DNA of 64,000 nucleotides from an uncultured Actinomycetota bacterium. Its GTDB lineage: Bacteria > Actinomycetota > Actinomycetes > Propionibacteriales > Nocardioidaceae. Where the stretch lies: the NCBI GenBank assembly GCA_963822915.1, contig CAWGJR010000027.1:23657-87656 (forward strand). Reading direction: 5' to 3'. The notes below the pieces were generated by a model, which was not told the origin of the DNA, ran no database searches, and was given only the letters and a program-made list of their open reading frames with translations. The first letter of the stretch is position 1. Each line of letters begins with the position of its first letter. A program made the translations under genes and the position numbers. Of this stretch, positions 9,767-18,095 are shown one piece after another.

Positions 9767-10522
9767 TCAGCCGCCCGCCTTGATCGCTGCGGCGAGTGCG
9801 ATCGCCTCGTCCTCGGTGAAGTCGCCGCTGATCTGGGCCTGCCCACCGGTGATCGGGCCGAAGAACGTCGGGGCCGACAGGACCGCGCCATCGACCACCA
9901 TGGCGAACTGGTCGACGTCGTAGGTCCACGTGCGGGAGATCTCGGTGAAGACCTTCTTGCTGCGACCACCCAGCTGCAGCGAGATCGCCCACCTCGTCTG
10001 ACCCTGGGGGATCCCCGCGCTCGCGTCCACGACGCCCCCGACGATCAGCGCAGGTGACAGCAGGTACTTGACCGCGGGCTTGAACCGGTCGGAGTCGGGT
10101 GTGCCGACGGGGCCCTCGCAGAGCACGACCGACTCGTCGACCGCGACCGAGGGCGGCGCGGGTGCCGGGCAGGAGGCGGCGGCGAAGTCGCGGCACTCGC
10201 GCGGCGTCGGTCGCGGCCGCGTCCCGTCGTCCCGCGCCCCGGACCGACCCGTGCGCGGCGCCACGGAAGGCACGTCCGAGGAATCGCCGTCACCGCACGG
10301 CGTGTAGTCGCTCGCCATGACGTAGCGGAACTGGATCGGCTCGGCGGCCGGAGCCTCCGGAGTGCTGGCCGTCGTCGGCTCGGCGGACACCGACGGGGTC
10401 GACGTGACCGTCGCCGTCGCCGCCTCTGTCGCGGTCGGGGCGTCGTCGCTGCCGCCACACCCGGTCAACCCGATCAGGGACAGACCCAGGACCACCAGGC
10501 AGCTCAGACGTCGGGTGCGCAC
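9767..10522 (-). CDS. Lipoprotein with SecD/SecF P1-head-like domain
   Basis: Lipobox LTGC; FAMVVDGAVLSAPTFFGPITGGQAQISGDFTEDEAIALAAAI resembles the SecD P1 head. Confidence 0.7.
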   Translation of the reverse strand: MRTRRLSCLVVLGLSLIGLTGCGGSDDAPTATEAATATVTSTPSVSAEPTTASTPEAPAAEPIQFRYVMASDYTPCGDGDSSDVPSVAPRTGRSGARDDGTRPRPTPRECRDFAAASCPAPAPPSVAVDESVVLCEGPVGTPDSDRFKPAVKYLLSPALIVGGVVDASAGIPQGQTRWAISLQLGGRSKKVFTEISRTWTYDVDQFAMVVDGAVLSAPTFFGPITGGQAQISGDFTEDEAIALAAAIKAGG

Positions 10523-10549
10523 GGCGACACGATACGACGCTCGGCTCTC

Positions 10550-11473
10550 TCAGCTCGTCCAGACCGGGTCGGTGATGATCTCGATGACCTGGTCCATGGT
10601 CAGGGCCGGTACGTCGGCGGGGTCGTGCACCGTGCTCGGCCGATCGGCGCGGGTGCCCTCGGCGACGTAGAGCTCGACGTGGCCGCCGCCGGGAGCGGCG
10701 ATCGTGGCCTCGAGGTAGGACTTGTCGGTGGGCTGCGCCTGTCCGTCGACGTAGGTCTGCTCGAGCTTCTCGGAGACGACGCCGACGAGGTCGCCGCTCT
10801 CGGTGCGGATCTCCTCGCAGGCCACCGCACCCTTCACGTCGTCGCAGGGCTTCACCGGTTGCATGGGCTCGTTGGCTCCACCGCCGCAGGGACCGAGACG
10901 GCTCACCTCCTCCAGGGTCCTCCACGGGCCGAGCACGCCCGGGCGCGGCAGCAGCGTGATGCTGGCGAAGTCTTCGTCGTCGCCGGCGATCAGGTTGCCG
11001 TCCCACAGGCCGACCGCCTCGTCGTCCGTCTCGCCGGTCTCGACTCCTGCGGGAAGGAGGGCGGACAGGTCGTCCTCGATCTCGGCCGCGGGCTTGCTCC
11101 ACCATCCGGTCTCCACCCCGTCACAGACCTCGTTCGCAGGTCCGTCCGTGCTGGGTGGTGTCGCGGTGGGCGTGGACGTCGGGCTCGCGGGAGCCGGGGC
11201 AGCCGGGGCAGCCGGATCGGCGGCTACCGGGGATCCGGACGGACCCTGGTCGCGACCCGGCCAGCCCGTGGCGACGGCAGGCACGGTGAGCACGAGGGCG
11301 GTCGCCGCAGCGATGCCGCCGGCGCCGTAGGCGATCCGTCGACGGGTGCGCTGGCGACGTCCGCTCGCCAGCGCCTGGGGGAGGACGTCGGGGGCGCGCA
11401 GCCCTCCGACAGCGCGATCCATGCGCTCGCCGAGGTGGTGGTCGCGTCCGTCGAAGGGGTCGATGTCGTTCAT
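10550..11473 (-). CDS. Putative anti-sigma factor, single-TM protein with extracytoplasmic domain
   Basis: ATGA-overlaps the ECF sigma stop; RRQRTRRRI followed by a TM helix, Pro/Thr linker and Cys-containing domain. Confidence 0.65.
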   Translation of the reverse strand: MNDIDPFDGRDHHLGERMDRAVGGLRAPDVLPQALASGRRQRTRRRIAYGAGGIAAATALVLTVPAVATGWPGRDQGPSGSPVAADPAAPAAPAPASPTSTPTATPPSTDGPANEVCDGVETGWWSKPAAEIEDDLSALLPAGVETGETDDEAVGLWDGNLIAGDDEDFASITLLPRPGVLGPWRTLEEVSRLGPCGGGANEPMQPVKPCDDVKGAVACEEIRTESGDLVGVVSEKLEQTYVDGQAQPTDKSYLEATIAAPGGGHVELYVAEGTRADRPSTVHDPADVPALTMDQVIEIITDPVWTS

Positions 11474-11998
11474 GAGGTGCTCCTGGGGAGGTCGAGGTCG
11501 TCGGCGAGCAGGTCACGCAGCCGGAGCAGGGCCCGGCCCGTGCGGTTCTTGACTGCCGACTCGGTGAGGTCGAGGTCGGCGGCGGTGGTGGCGATGCTGA
11601 GGTCGTGCCAGTAGCGCAGCACGACCACGGCCCGGTCCATCGGGGCGAGCTCGGCGAGAGCCGCCATCAGCGTGACCCGATCGGCGAGGTCCGTCGATGG
11701 TGTGGCGGTGGCCGGCGGCGTGGTGCTCGGGCAGGTCTCCGACCGGCAGCTCGCTGCTGCGACGCAGTCGCCGTTCGGAGAGGAAGGCGTTGATCAGGAT
11801 GCGGTGGCAGTAGGCCACCGGATCATCGGTCGCACGGAGCCGCCGCCAGCCGGCGAAGGCCTTGGCGAGCGTGACCTGCAACAGGTCCTCCGCGGCGTGG
11901 GGTGCGGTGGTCAGCAGGTAGGCGCTCCGGTAGAGCCGGTCGGAGTGCTGAGCCACGAACTCGGTGAACTCGGCGTCGTCTCGCCTGCTCCCGTGCAC
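11470..11998 (-). CDS. ECF sigma factor (SigE-type), frameshifted near 11690
   Basis: EFTEFV..LYRSAYLLT..AEDLLQVTLAKA (region 2); RAVVVLRYWHDLSIATTAADL..VKNRTGRAL (region 4). Confidence 0.9.
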
Positions 11999-12202
11999 GG
12001 CGCCTCCTCTCGATCGGTTCGTGGGCGGGTACGTCGAGAAGACGCGCCGGGCCCCCAGGTAAGTCTCATACGACTTTCCTCATCACGGCTGTGGGCGACG
12101 CGGCCTGGGGGATGGGCCCTCATGCGGTGGCGTGTCGGCTCGACGAGAGTTCACAGCACCCGGCCGCAGCGCGCGGCCCCGCAGGTCCTGGAGGGCCGAG
12201 AC

Positions 12203-12334
12203 ATGAACACACAGCACGATCCGTACGCGTCGACCTCGTGGCGCAGGGCCGCTCTGGCGGTCCTCGTCGTCCTCGTGGCCACGGCGGCGGTGTTCGGCCT
12301 CGCCCTGGCGCTCGGTCTCGAGCTCAAGTTCTGA
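12203..12334 (+). CDS. Small membrane protein (43 aa)
   Basis: GGAGG RBS; MNTQHDPYASTSWRRAALAVLVVLVATAAVFGLALALGLELKF. Confidence 0.55.
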   Translation: MNTQHDPYASTSWRRAALAVLVVLVATAAVFGLALALGLELKF

Positions 12335-12365
12335 GCCAGGCCCGACCTCCACGCGGGGGGCCGCT

Positions 12366-12900
12366 CAGTAGGAGCACGAACGGGATGAGCAGCGCGTTGA
12401 CGACGAAGCCGGCGCGGTCCTGGCAGTCGATCGCCTGCTTCCCGAGCCGGCCCTCGACGAAGGTGCGCGCCTGTTCGGTCACCTCGGGTGCGGTGAGCAA
12501 CGAGGGCACGAGCTCGACGAGCCCGAGGACCGGCACCGGGTTGAAGAAGTGGATCCCGATCACCTTCTCCGGCCTGCCCGTGACCACCCCGAGCTTCATG
12601 ATCGGGATCGAGGACGTGTTGGACGCCAGGATCGCGTCCGGACTGCTGACGACCGTGTCGAGGGTGGCGAACAGGTCGGTCTTGGCCTTCTCGTCCTCGA
12701 CGATGGCCTCCACGACGAGGTCGCGGTCGGCCAGCGCCTCGAGGGACGTCTCGACCCGGATCCGAGCCAGGACCTCGGAGGCCGAGGCGATCTTGCCCTT
12801 GCTCTCGGCTCGCGCCAGGGACTTCTCCAGGCGCGCCTCGCCCGCGTGTGCGGCGGCCCGGTCGGACTCGACCACCACCACGTCGAGACCCGCGCGCGCA
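12366..12900 (-). pseudogene. Internal fragment of 3-hydroxybutyryl-CoA dehydrogenase
   Basis: ARAGLDVVVVE..VEAIVEDE..LASNTSSIPI..IHFFNPVPV..DRAGFVVNALLIPF; lacks the N-terminal GxGxxG motif and most of the C-terminal domain. Confidence 0.8.
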
Positions 12901-12959
12901 TGCCTCTCACCCCTGGGGTCCGCCGGGTTGCGCGGTGGTCTCGGCCAGACATGGAACGA

Positions 12960-12987
12960 CCCCCGGCAACTGTCAGGTCGGCGGGGG
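12960..12987 (-). terminator. Hairpin downstream of tRNA-Arg
   Basis: Imperfect inverted repeat CCCCCG..CGGGGG directly 3' of the tRNA. Confidence 0.45.
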
Positions 12988-12995
12988 CGGATCGG

Positions 12996-13068
12996 TGCGC
13001 CTGTAGGGATTCGAACCCCAAACCTTCTCATCCGTAGTGAGATGCTCTATCCGTTGAGCTACAGGCGC
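12996..13068 (-). tRNA. tRNA-Arg(ACG)
   Basis: GCGCCTGTAGCTCAACGGATAGAGCA-TCTCA-CT-ACG-GA-TGAGA-AGGTTTGGGGTTCGAATCCCTACAGGCGCA; complete cloverleaf. Confidence 0.97.
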
Positions 13069-13100
13069 AGGCCCCGCACGAGTGCTGCGAGGACTGGTCG

Positions 13101-13130
13101 AGGATAGCCGAGGACACCGGGGATGGGTAA
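13101..13130 (-). promoter_or_regulatory. Putative housekeeping promoter of tRNA-Arg
   Basis: TTACCC-N18-TATCCT about 30 nt upstream of the tRNA. Confidence 0.5.
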
Positions 13131-13167
13131 ATCGGGTTTCCGGTGGAGGCGGTCGGCGGTGAGGTTC

Positions 13168-13268
13168 CGGGGTTTCGTCGACGGCTCGTGCCTCGCCTGC
13201 TCAACCTCCGGAGCGGGGGGTTACGGGGTTTCGTCGACGGCTCGTGCCTCGCCTGCTCAACCTCCGGA
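13168..13268. repeat. Two identical 45-bp direct repeats (REP-like) separated by 11 bp
   Basis: CGGGGTTTCGTCGACGGCTCGTGCCTCGCCTGCTCAACCTCCGGA at 13168..13212 and 13224..13268. Confidence 0.9.
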
Positions 13269-13432
13269 CGCGGCGTGCTGACCCCGGTGTGGCCTGGGTC
13301 ACGGATGGTGGATCGATCCAATAGGTGGGTCTCCGAAAGCGCGGTTACGCTCCCCGAGCGCCTGCAACGACGCCGCGCGATCCATCATCACGCTCCACGA
13401 CGCACGCCCGTCGCGAGACAAAGGACCACGGC

Positions 13433-15280
13433 ATGACCGCCACGCAGGACCGCTCCACCCAGACCGATCCGTCGGACTTCCCCACGACCCACCAGGGCAT
13501 CATCGACTTCGTCACCGAGGTCGCCGCGATGACCCAGCCGGACGCCATCCACTGGTGCACCGGCTCCGACGAGGAGTGGGAGCAGCTGACCGCGGCTCTC
13601 GAGGCGACGGGCACGTTCACCCGCCTCAACCCCGCGATCAAGCCCAACTCGTTCTACGCCGCCAGCGACCCGATCGACGTCGCGCGGGTGGAGGACCGCA
13701 CCTACATCTGCTCGGTCGACGAGAAGGACTGCGGGCCCACCAACAACTGGATGGACCCGTCGGAGATGAAGGCCAAGATGCGCGGGCTGTACGCCGGCTG
13801 CATGAAGGGCCGCACGATGTATGTCGTCCCGTTCGTGATGGGTCACCTCGAGGCCGAGTCGCCGATGTTCGGCATCGAGCTCACCGACTCCGCCTACGTC
13901 ACCGCCTCCATGCGCGTCATGGCCCGCATGGGCAGCCACGTGCTCGACAAGCTCACCGAGCTCGACGCCCCCTTCGTGCAGGCCGTCCACTCGGTCGGCA
14001 TGCCGCTCGCCGAGGGCCAGGCCGACGTCGCGTGGCCGTGCAACGACACGAAGTACATCGTGCAGTTCCCCGAGGAGCGCACGATCTGGTCCTACGGCTC
14101 CGGCTACGGCGGCAACGCCCTGCTCGGCAAGAAGTGCTACGCCCTGCGCATCGCCTCGGTGATGGCCCGCGACGAGGGCTGGCTCGCCGAGCACATGCTC
14201 ATCCTCAAGCTCACCAACCCCGCCGGCGTGACGAAGTACGTCGCCGCCGCCTTCCCGAGCGCGTGCGGCAAGACCAACCTCGCCATGCTCGAGCCGACCA
14301 TCCCGGGCTGGAAGGTCGAGGCCATCGGCGACGACATCGCCTGGATGCGCATCGGTGACGACGGCCGACTGTGGGCCGTCAACCCGGAGTACGGCTTCTT
14401 CGGCGTCGCGCCCGGCACCAACGAGCACACCAACCCCAACGCGATGAAGACCATCAACAAGGGCAACTCGGTCTTCACCAACGTCGCGCTCACCCCCGAC
14501 GGCGACGTCTGGTGGGAGGGCCTGGAGAACCCGCCGGCCACCGCCACGTCCTGGAAGGGCGAGGAGTGGACGCCGCAGATCGCCGAGGAGACGGGACTGC
14601 TGTCCAGCCACCCCAACTCGCGCTACTGCACGCCCATCAAGCAGTGCGACATCCTCGCGCCCGAGTTCGACGACCCGCGCGGCGTCCCGATCGACGCGAT
14701 CATCTTCGGCGGTCGCCGCAAGACGACCGTCCCGCTCGTCTTCGAGTCGCGCGACTGGACCCACGGCACCTTCCTCGGCGCCACGCTGTCGAGCGAGACG
14801 ACCGCGGCCGCGACCGGCGCGGTCGGCGTCGTCCGTCGTGACCCGATGGCGATGCTGCCCTTCATCGGCTACAACGCCGGCGACTACTTCGGCCACTGGA
14901 TCAACATCGGCAAGGACAACGACGCCGCCAAGCTGCCGAAGATCTTCTACGTCAACTGGTTCCGCAGGGACGACGAGGGCGGGTTCCTGTGGCCCGGCTT
15001 CGGCGAGAACTCCCGCGTGCTCAAGTGGATCGTCGAGCGCATCGACGGCCAGGCCGCCGCGGTCGAGACCTCCATCGGCCACGTGCCCGCGCCGGGCTCG
15101 CTCGACGTCGACGGCCTCGACCTGACGCCCGAGGCCCTCGAGGCCGCCCTCGCGGTCGACGACGAGGAGTGGAAGGCCGAGCTGCCGCAGATCCAGGAGT
15201 GGTTCGAGAAGTTCGGCGACGACCTGCCGGCCGTGCTCTGGACCGAGCTCGACGGCCTGCGCGCCCGCCTCGGCGAGTAG
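13433..15280 (+). CDS. pckG: Phosphoenolpyruvate carboxykinase (GTP)
   Basis: [41 protein letters not shown]. Confidence 0.98.
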   Translation: MTATQDRSTQTDPSDFPTTHQGIIDFVTEVAAMTQPDAIHWCTGSDEEWEQLTAALEATGTFTRLNPAIKPNSFYAASDPIDVARVEDRTYICSVDEKDCGPTNNWMDPSEMKAKMRGLYAGCMKGRTMYVVPFVMGHLEAESPMFGIELTDSAYVTASMRVMARMGSHVLDKLTELDAPFVQAVHSVGMPLAEGQADVAWPCNDTKYIVQFPEERTIWSYGSGYGGNALLGKKCYALRIASVMARDEGWLAEHMLILKLTNPAGVTKYVAAAFPSACGKTNLAMLEPTIPGWKVEAIGDDIAWMRIGDDGRLWAVNPEYGFFGVAPGTNEHTNPNAMKTINKGNSVFTNVALTPDGDVWWEGLENPPATATSWKGEEWTPQIAEETGLLSSHPNSRYCTPIKQCDILAPEFDDPRGVPIDAIIFGGRRKTTVPLVFESRDWTHGTFLGATLSSETTAAATGAVGVVRRDPMAMLPFIGYNAGDYFGHWINIGKDNDAAKLPKIFYVNWFRRDDEGGFLWPGFGENSRVLKWIVERIDGQAAAVETSIGHVPAPGSLDVDGLDLTPEALEAALAVDDEEWKAELPQIQEWFEKFGDDLPAVLWTELDGLRARLGE

Positions 15281-15314
15281 TCCTCCCGGGCTACCACCCG
15301 GCTGACCCCAGGCG

Positions 15315-16325
15315 TCAGGCCCCGTCGTCGAAGATCCCCCAGAACCTGTCGCGCAGCTCGAAGCGGACGGCGTCGTTGAGGTCGTAGACCCCCAGCGCGT
15401 CGGACAGGTCGAGCAGCAGCGCCTTGTCGATCTCGCGCGGGATGGAGGGCCGGCCGCGCACCAGCGCGGCCAGGTCCTCCTCGGTCGCGCTCTTGCGCAG
15501 TGACGCCAGCACGTTGCTGACGACGTCGCGGATCTCGGCGTCGTAGTCGTGCGGCCCGACGTAGTCACCCATCACGTGCGAGGGCCCCCCGGTCACACCC
15601 GAGTAGGCCAGGACGGCGGCCGGGGCAGCGGGAACGGGAGCGGGAGCCGGTCGCTTGCCCGCCAGGTCGAGCGGGCTCGGCGCGTGCGGGGCAGGCGCCG
15701 CCGGGGCGGCCGGCGCCGCGGCGGCATCCACGACGGCCGCTCCCGGTGGCGGGGCCGGCACCGGTACGACGAGCGGCCGCTCGATCTTGGTGACCGTCTG
15801 GTCGATCGTCGCCTCGGTGACCGTCGTCAGCTCGTCGGCCGCGCGCACGAGGTGGCGGCTCACACCGTGCGGCCGACCGGCCGCGTTGGGCACTCCGAGC
15901 ACCACGACCTGGACGCCGTGCGCCTGCGCCTCCTCGACGGCCTCGGTCAGGTCGTCGTCGCCGGAGACCAGCAGGAACACGTCGGCCGCGTTGTTGCGCG
16001 CGTGAGTGACCAGGTCCAGGCCGATGCGGAGGTCGACGCCCTTCTGCTGCCCGTCGACGCCGAAGCGTCCCAGGCGCAGCTTGACCTTGGCGAGCTCGCC
16101 GATGCGCCCCTGCTGGGCGTCCGGCACGCCCTCCTTGGCCGAGTCGTACCAGTGCACGCGCAGCAGCGGCAGGCCCGAGATCGCCTCGGCCTGGCGGATC
16201 AACGCCTCGACCAGCGGGCGGTACTCCACGTGCACCCCGTTGCGCAGCGACGTCCCGGTGACCCGGGTCGCGGCGGAGGCGAGGAGGTAGCCGGCATCGA
16301 CGTACAACGAGCAGTTGGACCGCAT
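15315..16325 (-). CDS. NYN-domain (PIN-like) nuclease
   Basis: Acidic catalytic motifs LYVDAGY, QQKGVDLRIGLDL, SGDDDL; Pro/Ala linker; helical C-terminal domain. Confidence 0.85.
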   Translation of the reverse strand: MRSNCSLYVDAGYLLASAATRVTGTSLRNGVHVEYRPLVEALIRQAEAISGLPLLRVHWYDSAKEGVPDAQQGRIGELAKVKLRLGRFGVDGQQKGVDLRIGLDLVTHARNNAADVFLLVSGDDDLTEAVEEAQAHGVQVVVLGVPNAAGRPHGVSRHLVRAADELTTVTEATIDQTVTKIERPLVVPVPAPPPGAAVVDAAAAPAAPAAPAPHAPSPLDLAGKRPAPAPVPAAPAAVLAYSGVTGGPSHVMGDYVGPHDYDAEIRDVVSNVLASLRKSATEEDLAALVRGRPSIPREIDKALLLDLSDALGVYDLNDAVRFELRDRFWGIFDDGA

Positions 16326-16404
16326 GCCCCCACCATGCCAGCGACCACGGGCGCTGTCCTCGGTAACGCCCACCCACCCCCCAGGTCTGTGAAACGATGA
16401 CCGC

Positions 16405-17445
16405 ATGCCCTACGGTCCCGACGATCGTGCGCTCTTCGAGTCCGGCGCCACGCAGCTGTACGACGAGATCGTCGCCGCCGAGGGGTTGGCCGCCGCCGAC
16501 CCGCGGATCGCCGAGGACGGCACCGATCGCGCTGCGTTCGACCTCCTCGTCGCCCTCGGCCTCCTCCAGCTCGACGAGGAGAGCGACACCTGGTTGCCCG
16601 AGGACCCCGCCGGCGTCCAGGCGCGGGTGGTCTCACCCCTGAGCCAGGAGGCCGGCAAGCTGCTGGAGGAGTCCTCGCAGTGGGCGCGGGCGTTCCAGGG
16701 GATCAGCCAGTCGTGGCGACGCTCCTCGCTGTCGCAGGGCCAGGGCCGCGGGCCCTTCACCTACCTGCGCGACGAGGCCATCGGGACCTACCTCGGCACG
16801 CTCATCGCCGAGGCGGAGGTCGAGCTGCTCACCGCCCAGCCCCAGAGCGGGCGGGAGGCCCAGACGATCGCGACCGCCGTGCTGCGCGACGCGGCCGCGC
16901 TCGAGCGCGGCGTCAAGATGCGCACGCTCTACCAGCACAGCGCGCGGCGCAGCACCTTCACCCACAACTACGTCGCCGAGGTCGGCAAGCTGGGCGCCGA
17001 GGTGCGCACCCTCGACGAGTTCTTCAACCGGGTCATCATCGTCGACCGGCGGGTCGCGGTGATCCCGGCGAGCGAGGACAACCGCAGCGCGGTCGCGGTC
17101 AGCGAGCCGTCGGTCGTGGCGTTCCTCGTCGACATGTTCGAGCGCAGCTGGGAGCGCGCGCGCCCGTTCGCCAGCCGCGACACCTCGATGCTCAAGAGCA
17201 TCGCGGTCGAGCAGCGGGCGATGACGATCCGGATGCTGGTCGAGGGCCACTCCGACCCGGTCAGCGCGAAGCGTCTGGGCGTCAGCCCCCGCACCTACGC
17301 GGGCTACATCGCCGACCTCAAGACGGAGTACGAGGCCGACACCCGCTTCCAGCTCGGGTACGTGATGGGCGAGGGCGGGGTGACCGGCCAGTCGGACTCC
17401 GAGGGGTCCGACGATGCCGACGGCTCAGCCGACGCCACCGGCTAG
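16405..17445 (+). CDS. Transcriptional regulator: central TrmB/PLD-like domain plus C-terminal LuxR-type HTH
   Basis: RGVKMRTLYQHSARR..EVRTLDEFFNRVIIVDRRVAVIP..FERSWERARP; HTH MLVEGHSDPVSAKRLGVSPRTYAGYIADL..TRFQLGY. Confidence 0.85.
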   Translation: MPYGPDDRALFESGATQLYDEIVAAEGLAAADPRIAEDGTDRAAFDLLVALGLLQLDEESDTWLPEDPAGVQARVVSPLSQEAGKLLEESSQWARAFQGISQSWRRSSLSQGQGRGPFTYLRDEAIGTYLGTLIAEAEVELLTAQPQSGREAQTIATAVLRDAAALERGVKMRTLYQHSARRSTFTHNYVAEVGKLGAEVRTLDEFFNRVIIVDRRVAVIPASEDNRSAVAVSEPSVVAFLVDMFERSWERARPFASRDTSMLKSIAVEQRAMTIRMLVEGHSDPVSAKRLGVSPRTYAGYIADLKTEYEADTRFQLGYVMGEGGVTGQSDSEGSDDADGSADATG

Positions 17446-17453
17446 CGAGCCGG

Positions 17454-17597
17454 TCAGGGCTGCGTGGGCCCGCCCTTGCACCAGCCGCCACAGCTCCAGC
17501 TGCTGTCCACGGCCGAGGCGGGCGTCAGGACGCCGATCGCGCTGATGGACAGCACCGCGGCGGCGGTGGCGAGAGCACACTTGCGTACGAGCTTCAT
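17454..17597 (-). CDS. Small secreted peptide precursor (47 aa), not in the supplied ORF track
   Basis: MKLVRKCALATAAAVLSISAIGVLTPASA|VDSSWSCGGWCKGGPTQP*; basic N-region, hydrophobic H-region, ASA cleavage site; purine-rich GAAAG/AGGA upstream; strong GC3 bias. Confidence 0.8.
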   Translation of the reverse strand: MKLVRKCALATAAAVLSISAIGVLTPASAVDSSWSCGGWCKGGPTQP

Positions 17598-17697
17598 CTG
17601 GTCCTACCAACTTTCTCGGGGTTCAGGCGCGACCCACATGTCGAACGTCGCACCGCTGGGACCATGAGCACCCATGTCAGCCCAGCCATTGGAGTAG

Positions 17698-17711
17698 TGC
17701 AAGCACGTGCA
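17698..17711. promoter_or_regulatory. Candidate operator TGCA-N6-TGCA upstream of the peptide gene
   Basis: TGCAAGCACGTGCA, containing the GCACGTGC palindrome. Confidence 0.35.
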
Positions 17712-17739
17712 GGACCCGAGGCGGCGCACGACTCGATCT

Positions 17740-17766
17740 GTACCCGGGGGAGTAACGGGACAAACC
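17740..17766 (-). promoter_or_regulatory. SigF/SigB-type promoter pointing at the peptide gene
   Basis: GGTTT-N16-GGGTAC on the minus strand. Confidence 0.6.
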
Positions 17767-17896
17767 TAGGGTGCGTCACGAACGCCCTCCTGGCAACCCC
17801 CACGGCGCGGACTTGCTCGAATCCAGAGGCTGGTCGACCGGTCGGACCGAGGGCAGCCGCGGGGCTGCTGCACCCAGGACCGGGACCCACAAACGG

Positions 17897-17926
17897 GTCC
17901 GCCCCCAGCCTGGACTGGAGGCGGAC
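17897..17926 (-). terminator. Hairpin terminator after tRNA-Ser(GCT)
   Basis: GTCCGCC..GGCGGAC stem, followed on the minus strand by CCGTTTGT. Confidence 0.6.
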
Positions 17927-17933
17927 ACGAGGG

Positions 17934-18024
17934 CGGAGGTGGCGAGATTTGAACTCGCGAGAGGGTTGTAGCCCTCAACCCGCTTAGCAGGCGGGCGCCA
18001 TAGACCGGACTAGGCGACACCTCC
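17934..18024 (-). tRNA. tRNA-Ser(GCT)
   Basis: GGAGGTG..CCCGC-CT-GCT-AA-GCGGG, long variable arm, GTTCAAATC T-arm, discriminator G. Confidence 0.97.
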
Positions 18025-18095
18025 ATGCCACCCACCGAGGCAGGCAGCGCAGCCTAGGCTACAAGGCCGGTCGCCGGGCGTGCCAATCGGTTGCC

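Noticed and set aside
13168-13268. 45-bp repeats as a CRISPR array
   Set aside because: Only two units, an 11-bp spacer and no cas genes.
17454-17597. Peptide as a RiPP precursor (lasso, lanthipeptide, radical-SAM Trp crosslink)
   Set aside because: The N-terminus is a Sec-type signal peptide, not a RiPP leader, and no modifying enzymes or transporters are adjacent. Modification in trans cannot be excluded.
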